Assembly: GCA_028277845.1 (NCBI GenBank)
Contig: JANQFL010000074.1
Location: 40,758 to 104,757, forward strand
From: Sneathiellales bacterium
GTDB taxonomy: Bacteria; Pseudomonadota; Alphaproteobacteria; JANQFL01
DNA length: 64,000 bases
Reading direction: 5' to 3'
The notes beneath the pieces were generated by a model. It saw only the letters and a program-made list of their open reading frames with translations, ran no database searches and was not told the DNA's origin. Positions 57,448-64,000 of the stretch are shown one piece after another (the first letter of the stretch is position 1; every line of letters starts with the position of its first letter). The translations under genes and the position numbers were made by a program.

Positions 57448-59895
57448 ATGGCGCCTTCCATCCCCAGTCATGCTCAGGTCGTCATCATCGGCGGCGGTAT
57501 CATCGGCTGCAGCACCGCGTACCATCTGGCCAAACTGGGCTGGACCGACGTGGTGTTGCTGGAACGCAAACAACTGACATGCGGCACCACCTGGCATGCC
57601 GCCGGCCTGGTCGGGCAGTTGCGGGCGACGTCCAATTTGACACGGCTGGCGCGTTACACCGCCGACCTGTTCACCACGCTTGAAGAAGAAACCGGCCAGG
57701 CCACCGGTTTCAAACAGAACGGCTCGTTGAGTATCGCCGACAACGAAGAACGCTTCGAGGAACTGAAGCGCGGTGCGTCCATGGCCCGGTTTTGCGGCCT
57801 TGACGTCGAAGTCATTTCCGCCGGTGAAGCCAAGGAACGCTGGCCGTTGATGCATGCGGACGACCTGGTCGGCGCGGTGTTCCTACCCAAAGACGGCCAG
57901 ACCAATCCGATCGATACGGCGCAGGCACTGGCCAAAGGCGCGCGCAATGACGGCGCGCGTATCATCGAGGGCGTCAAGGTCACCGGCGTTGTCACCGAGA
58001 ACGGCCGGGCCGTCGGCGTCACCACCGACCAAGGCGACATCGCGGCCGAGTATGTGGTCAATTGCGGCGGCATGTGGGGCCGCGAAATCGGCCGCATGTG
58101 CGGCGTCAACGTACCGCTGCACGCGTCCGAGCATTTCTACATCGTCACCGAGGCGATGGAGGGTGTCGCCGCCGACCTGCCCGTGTTGCGCGATCCCGGC
58201 AACTATGCCTACTACAAGGAAGACGCCGGCAAGTTGCTGGTGGGCGCTTTCGAGCCGGTGGCCAAGCCGTGGGGCATGGACGGTATCCCGGAGGACTTCT
58301 CGTTCGACCAACTGCCCGACGATTGGGAGCATTTCGAACCCATCCTCGAACGGGCGCTGCATCGGGTGCCGGCGCTGGAAAGCGCGGGCATACAGTTGTT
58401 CTTCAACGGACCGGAAAGCTTCACGCCCGATGACCGCTACATGCTCGGTGAAGCGCCCGAGTTGAAGAACTTCTTCGTCGCCGCCGGTTTCAACTCCATC
58501 GGCATTCAATCCTCCGGCGGTGCCGGCAAGGTGCTCGCCGAGTGGATCGTCAACAAGCGTCCGCCCATGGATCTGTGGGATGTGGATATCCGCCGCATGC
58601 TGCCGTTCCAGAACAACGCCAGCTACCTGCATGACCGTACCGTCGAGGGTCTCGGCCTGCTCTACGCCATGCACTGGCCGTTCCGGCAATACGAAAGCGC
58701 CCGCAATGTGCGCCGCTCGCCGCTGCATGACCGTATTGCCGCCGCCGGCGCGTGCTTCGGTGAAGCCGGCGGCTGGGAACGGCCCAACTGGTACGCGGCG
58801 CCGGGCAGCGAACCGAAATACGGCTACAGCTACAAACGGCAGAACTGGTTCGAAAACAACGCGGCGGAGCACCGGGCCGTGCGCGAAGGCGTTGGCCTGT
58901 TCGACCAGTCTTCGTTCATCAATTTTCTGCTGCAAGGCCGTGATGCGGCCAAGGTGCTCAACCGGGTCTGCGCCAACGATGTGGACGTGCCGGTCGGCCG
59001 GGCGGTTTACACCCAGTGGCTCAACGACCGCGGCGGCATCGAGGCCGACCTGACCGTCACCCGATTGGCCGAGGACAAGTATTTCATCGTCACCGCCTTC
59101 GCCACCCAGGTGCGGGATTTCCACTGGCTGCAAAGCCTCATCCCCGACGATGCCCACGCCGTGCTGACCGACGTCACGTCGGGCTGGGCGACCATCAGTC
59201 TGATGGGGCCGCGCTCACGCGAACTGTTGTCCAGGGTGACCTCGGCCGACCTGTCCAACGATGCGTTCCCGTTTGCCACCGCGCAGGATATCGAGATTGG
59301 TTACGGCAGCGCGCTGGCCTTGCGCATGACCTATGTCGGCGAACTGGGCTGGGAGCTCTACGTGCCGAGCGAATTTGCCGTCAACGTCTACGACGCCATC
59401 GTCGCCGAAGGCCAATCCGTCGGCCTCGAACACGCCGGCTATCACGCGCTCAACTCCCTGCGCATGGAAAAGTGCTTCCGCCATTGGGGCCACGACATCA
59501 CCGACGAGGACACGCCGCTCGAAGCCGGTCTCGGGTTCGCCGTCGCCTGGGACAAGCCGGATGGGTTCATCGGCCGCGACGCCCTGCTGCGGCAGAAGGA
59601 AAGCGGCGTCAGCAAGCGACTGGTGGCGTTCACACTGGATGACCCCGAGCCGCTGCTGTATCACAACGAGCCGATCTGGCGGGATGGCGCCATCGTCGGC
59701 CATGTGACATCGGGCATGTTCGGGCACACGCTGGGCCGGTCGATCGGCCTTGGCTACGTCCACAACGAAGACGGCGTGAACGCGGACTGGATCAAGGCGG
59801 GGAGCTACGAAATCGAGGTGGCCTGCGAGCGGTTTTCGGCGCAGCCCAGCCTGCGTCCTCTCTACGATCCCAAGGCCGAGCGGGTGAAAGCGTGA
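57448..59895 (+). CDS. GcvT-family FAD-dependent demethylase (dimethylglycine/sarcosine dehydrogenase-like)
   Basis: GGGIIG, GTTWHAAG, NGPESFTPD, GWERP, YVGELGWELY, LRMEK. Confidence 0.9.
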   Translation: MAPSIPSHAQVVIIGGGIIGCSTAYHLAKLGWTDVVLLERKQLTCGTTWHAAGLVGQLRATSNLTRLARYTADLFTTLEEETGQATGFKQNGSLSIADNEERFEELKRGASMARFCGLDVEVISAGEAKERWPLMHADDLVGAVFLPKDGQTNPIDTAQALAKGARNDGARIIEGVKVTGVVTENGRAVGVTTDQGDIAAEYVVNCGGMWGREIGRMCGVNVPLHASEHFYIVTEAMEGVAADLPVLRDPGNYAYYKEDAGKLLVGAFEPVAKPWGMDGIPEDFSFDQLPDDWEHFEPILERALHRVPALESAGIQLFFNGPESFTPDDRYMLGEAPELKNFFVAAGFNSIGIQSSGGAGKVLAEWIVNKRPPMDLWDVDIRRMLPFQNNASYLHDRTVEGLGLLYAMHWPFRQYESARNVRRSPLHDRIAAAGACFGEAGGWERPNWYAAPGSEPKYGYSYKRQNWFENNAAEHRAVREGVGLFDQSSFINFLLQGRDAAKVLNRVCANDVDVPVGRAVYTQWLNDRGGIEADLTVTRLAEDKYFIVTAFATQVRDFHWLQSLIPDDAHAVLTDVTSGWATISLMGPRSRELLSRVTSADLSNDAFPFATAQDIEIGYGSALALRMTYVGELGWELYVPSEFAVNVYDAIVAEGQSVGLEHAGYHALNSLRMEKCFRHWGHDITDEDTPLEAGLGFAVAWDKPDGFIGRDALLRQKESGVSKRLVAFTLDDPEPLLYHNEPIWRDGAIVGHVTSGMFGHTLGRSIGLGYVHNEDGVNADWIKAGSYEIEVACERFSAQPSLRPLYDPKAERVKA

Positions 59896-59979
59896 CCGGC
59901 CGGAAAACGGCCGCTTGATTTTCTCAGGTCTTGGACCGAGTTTGTTGTCGATGACCCAGGGAACCGGGAGCGACGTGCC

Positions 59980-60714
59980 GTGCCGTCACCGCATGCGATA
60001 GAGCGGATCAAGGGTGTTTTGTTCGACAAGGACGGCACGCTGATCGATTTTGCCGAATCCTGGATCCCGGCCTATGCCGCCGGCGCCGCGCACCTGGCCC
60101 GGCATGCGGTCAACGGCAAGCAGTGCGACGATCTGCTGCGGGCGACGGGCTACGACCCCGACCGGCGGACCTTCGCGCCGGATTCCATCCTGACCAAATA
60201 CACGTCCGACGAAATCACCGAGATCTGGGCGGTCGACGCGGGCATTGTCATCGACCAACTGGATTTCGATCTGCGCCGGCAGGTCAAGGAAATCTTCGAC
60301 GACGTCGCCAACCGCAGCCTCAAGGCGGTGACCGACCTCGACCGGCTCTTCCGCTTTCTCAAGTCAGGCGGCCGCTCGGTCGGCCTGGCGACGGCGGATT
60401 CGACGGCATCGGCGCACGCCGCGCTCGACGTGTTCGCGGTCTCGGACCTGGTGGACTTCGTAACAGGCTTTGACGCCGGCCACGGCGTCAAGCCGGGTCC
60501 GGGCCAGGTGCACGGCTTCTGCGCCGAAATGGGCATCGAGCCGGACGAGGTCATGGTCGTGGGAGACACGGCCCACGACCTGGAAATGGCGCGCGCCGCC
60601 GGGGCCGGGCTGGCCGTGGCGGTGCTGACCGGTGTTGGCGACAACAGCCGGCTCGACCCTCTCGCCGACATTGTCCTGCCGAGCATTGCGGAATTGAACG
60701 ACGTCTTCGCCTGA
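59980..60714 (+). CDS. HAD-family hydrolase (phosphoglycolate phosphatase-like)
   Basis: FDKDGTL, KPGPG, VGDTAHD. Confidence 0.88.
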   Translation: MPSPHAIERIKGVLFDKDGTLIDFAESWIPAYAAGAAHLARHAVNGKQCDDLLRATGYDPDRRTFAPDSILTKYTSDEITEIWAVDAGIVIDQLDFDLRRQVKEIFDDVANRSLKAVTDLDRLFRFLKSGGRSVGLATADSTASAHAALDVFAVSDLVDFVTGFDAGHGVKPGPGQVHGFCAEMGIEPDEVMVVGDTAHDLEMARAAGAGLAVAVLTGVGDNSRLDPLADIVLPSIAELNDVFA

Positions 60715-60839
60715 CGGTGGCGGATGTTGATTTGGCAGGCGGCAAGGACACCGCTACAATTCCGGGTGGACAAGGTGGTTTTAACGCTTGGTCGGAGTGG
60801 GATGATATGCGCCACTTTGGACGATGCCGGCTTGAATCA

Positions 60840-61439
60840 ATGAAATTTGCGGCCATCGGCTTGGTGCTGGTGACGGCGGCGTGTGCCTCGGCGCCACCAA
60901 TGAAAACCGCGGAAATCGTGGACCGGATCGGCAGCCGCGAGGACCAAGCGGTGTACCCCAGAATTGCGATCCAGTCGGTGAACGGCGACAATGCCGAGAT
61001 TGTTTCCGGCGCGATTGCCCAGGCCTTGTCCGATCAAGGGGCGTTGGCGGATGAGGAGCATGCGGCGGATTACCGGCTGTCGGTGCGCATTGTGCGCGTC
61101 GATGAGGAGATCGCGAAACACGACGTGCAGGTCGAGATGGATGCCGCGTTCGAATTGCTGTCCGCGTCGCCCGATGGAACGCCCTGGCGCAGGCGGTTCC
61201 AGGAAATCGCCATTCGCACCATTCCGGGCGGGCGCCAATCGGGGCAAATCGCCCTCGACAACGCGGCCCGCGCGGCCACGCAAATGGCCGCCATCGTCGC
61301 GGCGGGCCCGTTCGGCCTGGCCGCCGTCGTTCCGCCCAACGCCAAGGTCCCCCCCGAATACCGCGCCATGCGCGACGCCAAACAGGACGCCATCGCCGGC
61401 CTGATCAGGCAGTTCCTCGGCGCCATGCCGGCGAAGTAA
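60840..61439 (+). CDS. Hypothetical lipoprotein
   Basis: MKFAAIGLVLVTAA-C lipobox-like signal. Confidence 0.6.
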   Translation: MKFAAIGLVLVTAACASAPPMKTAEIVDRIGSREDQAVYPRIAIQSVNGDNAEIVSGAIAQALSDQGALADEEHAADYRLSVRIVRVDEEIAKHDVQVEMDAAFELLSASPDGTPWRRRFQEIAIRTIPGGRQSGQIALDNAARAATQMAAIVAAGPFGLAAVVPPNAKVPPEYRAMRDAKQDAIAGLIRQFLGAMPAK

Positions 61440-61486
61440 CAGCGGCCGCTGTTCGGAACGCTATCTCAAAAAACTCGGATACAGCG

Positions 61487-63145
61487 TCAGCGCTGCGCCG
61501 CCTGCCAGTTCTCGGCGACGAAATACGGCGCGTTCGAGGCCGGTAACGGCTGTTTGCCCAGGATGATGTCGGCGGCCTTTTCGCCGATCATGATGGTCGG
61601 CGCGTTCAGGTTGCCGCTGACGATGGACGGCATGATGGAGGCGTCGACCACGCGCAGGCCTTGAACGCCGTGGACCCGGGTCTCGGGGTCGACCACGGCC
61701 ATGGGGTCCGTTCCCATCTTGCAGGTGCACGACGGGTGATAGGCGCTGTCGGCCCGCTCGGCGACGAAGGCATCGATATCGCTGTCGCTCCGCACCGACT
61801 TGCCCGGCCGGATTTCTTCGTCCCGGTAGGGGTCGAACGCCTTCTGGGCGAAAATCTCCCGTGTCAGTTTGATGCAGTCGCGCATTTCCCGCCGGTCGCC
61901 CTCCGTCGCCAGGTAATTGGGCTGAATGAGCGGATGCTGACGCGGGTCCGGTGATCGCAGCGCCAGGTATCCGGTGCTGGTCGGGCGCATGGGTCCGACG
62001 TGGGCCTGGAAGGCATGCTGCTTGCCCTGGTCGCGCCCGTGGTCGTTCACCAGGCCGGGCAGGAAGTGATACTGGATATCCGGGTGCCGCACGCCGGGCT
62101 GGCTGCGGATGAACGCCCCGGCTTCCAGGTGGGCCGACGCGCCCCAGCCGGTCCGGAACAGCATCCACTGGGCGCCGATCATCGCCATGTTCCACAGCTT
62201 GGTGGTCTTGAACAGCGTCAGCGGCTGCGTGCAGCCCTGCTGGATATAAATTTCCAGATGGTCCTGCAGGTTCTGCCCCACGCCGGGCAAGTCGGCCACC
62301 ACGCCGATGCCGTGCTGTTTCAGGTGATCGGCCGGGCCGATGCCGGACAGCATCAGCAGCTGCGGCGAGTTGATGGCGCCGCCCGACAGGATGACGTCCC
62401 GCGCGGCGGTCACCGCCGTCACGTTGTTGCCTTCGGCAAATTCGACGCCCTCGGCGCGCGTGCCGTCGAAGGTGATGCGGGTCGTCAGCGCGCCGGTTTT
62501 GACGGTCAGGTTGGGCCGGTCCAGAACCGGACGCAGATAGCCCACGGCGGTGCTCCAGCGCCGGCCCTTGTGGATCGTCATGTCCATCTTGCCGAAGCCT
62601 TCCTGCTGGTAACCGTTCATGTCGTCGGTGAACGGATACCCGGCCTGGACGCCGGCCTCGATGAAGGCGTCGAACAACGGATTGGGAATCGAGCCGGTGG
62701 ACACGTGCAGCGGGCCGTCGCCGCCGCGATAGTCGTCGCCGCCCCTCTCCCGGGTTTCCGCCTTGCGGAAATAGGGCAGGACATCGGCATACGACCAGCC
62801 CTCGGCCCCTTCGGCGGCCCAGCGCTCGTAATCCAGGGCGTGGCCGCGGACATAGACCATGGCGTTGAGCGCCGACGAACCGCCCAGCACACGGCCGCGC
62901 GGCCAGTACAGGCTGCGGCCGTTCATGTGTTCCTGCGGTTCCGTGGTGTAGTACCAGTTGTACTTGTCGTGGCCCAGGTTGAAGGTCAGGGCCGCCGGCA
63001 TGTGAATGGTCCATGCCCGGTCGCGCGGACCGGCTTCCAGCAGCAGAACGCGGATGTCCGGGTCGGCGCTCAGCCGGTTGGCCAGCACGCAACCGGCGGA
63101 GCCGGCGCCGACGATGATGTAGTCGTACTCGTTGGTCCTGGTCAT
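61487..63145 (-). CDS. betA: Choline dehydrogenase (GMC oxidoreductase)
   Basis: YDYIIVGAGSAG, RGRVLGGSSALN, GQNLQDH, AYHPSCTCKMG, GNLNAPTIMIGEK; downstream of betB. Confidence 0.93.
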   Translation of the reverse strand: MTRTNEYDYIIVGAGSAGCVLANRLSADPDIRVLLLEAGPRDRAWTIHMPAALTFNLGHDKYNWYYTTEPQEHMNGRSLYWPRGRVLGGSSALNAMVYVRGHALDYERWAAEGAEGWSYADVLPYFRKAETRERGGDDYRGGDGPLHVSTGSIPNPLFDAFIEAGVQAGYPFTDDMNGYQQEGFGKMDMTIHKGRRWSTAVGYLRPVLDRPNLTVKTGALTTRITFDGTRAEGVEFAEGNNVTAVTAARDVILSGGAINSPQLLMLSGIGPADHLKQHGIGVVADLPGVGQNLQDHLEIYIQQGCTQPLTLFKTTKLWNMAMIGAQWMLFRTGWGASAHLEAGAFIRSQPGVRHPDIQYHFLPGLVNDHGRDQGKQHAFQAHVGPMRPTSTGYLALRSPDPRQHPLIQPNYLATEGDRREMRDCIKLTREIFAQKAFDPYRDEEIRPGKSVRSDSDIDAFVAERADSAYHPSCTCKMGTDPMAVVDPETRVHGVQGLRVVDASIMPSIVSGNLNAPTIMIGEKAADIILGKQPLPASNAPYFVAENWQAAQR

Positions 63146-63152
63146 GTGTCGG

Positions 63153-64000
63153 TCAGTAGGGGCTGTCGACGTCGCCGGTTTCGACGTAGACGCTCTTGAT
63201 CTGGCTGTAGTGTTCGATGGCCGCCTTGCTGTTCTCCCGGCCCAGCCCCGACATCTTGAAGCCGCCGAACGGCACTTCGACCGGCGTGATGTTGTAGTTG
63301 TTGATGAAGCACGAGCCGGCCTGCAGCTTGGCGACCACGCGGTGGGCGCGGGCGATGTTGCGGGTGAACACGCCGGCGGAGAGGCCATATTCGGTGTCGT
63401 TGGCCCGGGCGATCACTTCGTCCTCGCTACGGAAGGTCAGCACTGACATGACCGGGCCGAAGATCTCCTCGCGCACGATGGTCATGTCGTCGGAGCAATT
63501 GTCGAAGATGGTCGGTTCGAGGAAGTTGCCGTTGGCCAGCGCCGGATTGTCGGGCCGCCCGCCGCCGACCGCCAGCTTGGCGCCTTCCCGTCTGCCGGTC
63601 TCGATATAGCCCAGCACCTTCTCCATGTGTTCGCGCGAGATCAGCGCGCCCACATGGGTCCTGCCGTCCATGGGGTCGCCGATGACCATGCGCGATGTGC
63701 GGTCCACCAGGCGTTCCATGAAGGCGTTGTGCAGGGGCTCCTCGATGAACACCCGGGTGCCGTTCGAACACACCTCGCCCTGGGTGTAGAAGTTGGCCAT
63801 CAGCGCGCCGGAGACCGCGTTGTCCAGGTCGGCGTCGGCGAACACGATCAGCGGCGACTTGCCGCCCAGTTCCAGGGTCACGTGTTTCAGGGACCTGGCG
63901 GCGTCGGCCATGACCGCCTTGCCGGTCGACGCCTCGCCGGTCAGCGACACCTTGGCGATGCCGGGGTGGGCCGTCAGGGCGCGCCCGGTGTCGGCGAATC
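63153..64000 (-). CDS. betB: Betaine aldehyde dehydrogenase (3' part; runs off right edge)
   Basis: [44 protein letters not shown]. Confidence 0.92.
   Translation of the reverse strand, partial: FADTGRALTAHPGIAKVSLTGEASTGKAVMADAARSLKHVTLELGGKSPLIVFADADLDNAVSGALMANFYTQGEVCSNGTRVFIEEPLHNAFMERLVDRTSRMVIGDPMDGRTHVGALISREHMEKVLGYIETGRREGAKLAVGGGRPDNPALANGNFLEPTIFDNCSDDMTIVREEIFGPVMSVLTFRSEDEVIARANDTEYGLSAGVFTRNIARAHRVVAKLQAGSCFINNYNITPVEVPFGGFKMSGLGRENSKAAIEHYSQIKSVYVETGDVDSPY

Overview
GC-rich chromosomal segment of an alphaproteobacterium. The gene set and order (mipZ, CtrA-type boxes, split B12 methyl-transfer genes) are Rhodospirillales-like, but the taxon is my inference. The left end carries rpmH-rnpA-yidD-yidC, a VTT/TVP38 protein plus a flavin disulfide reductase, a secreted Cys-rich NPCAAK-repeat peptide with a cupredoxin-like neighbour, a three-gene MotA/ExbB-like motor module with an atypical partner subunit, ggt, a peptidase/SBP pair, several sensor kinases, tRNA-Arg(ACG) and cobD. 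The right two-thirds is mostly methylated-amine/C1 metabolism: soxBDAG, a non-pyrrolysine MttB, two GcvT-fused FAD demethylases, a GlxA regulator, a corrinoid/DUF1638/MetV/MetF/MeTr/RACo operon, an ABC transporter, a PbfA-like enzyme and betBA. The most notable item is an alpha-hydroxyketone quorum-sensing pair (CqsA/LqsA-like synthase and a convergent CqsS/LqsS-like receptor). The receptor's phospho-accepting His is replaced by Lys, and a small divergent HTH gene sits next to it. I saw no integrase, transposase or CRISPR array. All family calls come from motif recognition by eye, not database searches, and several start codons were re-chosen from RBS and homology.
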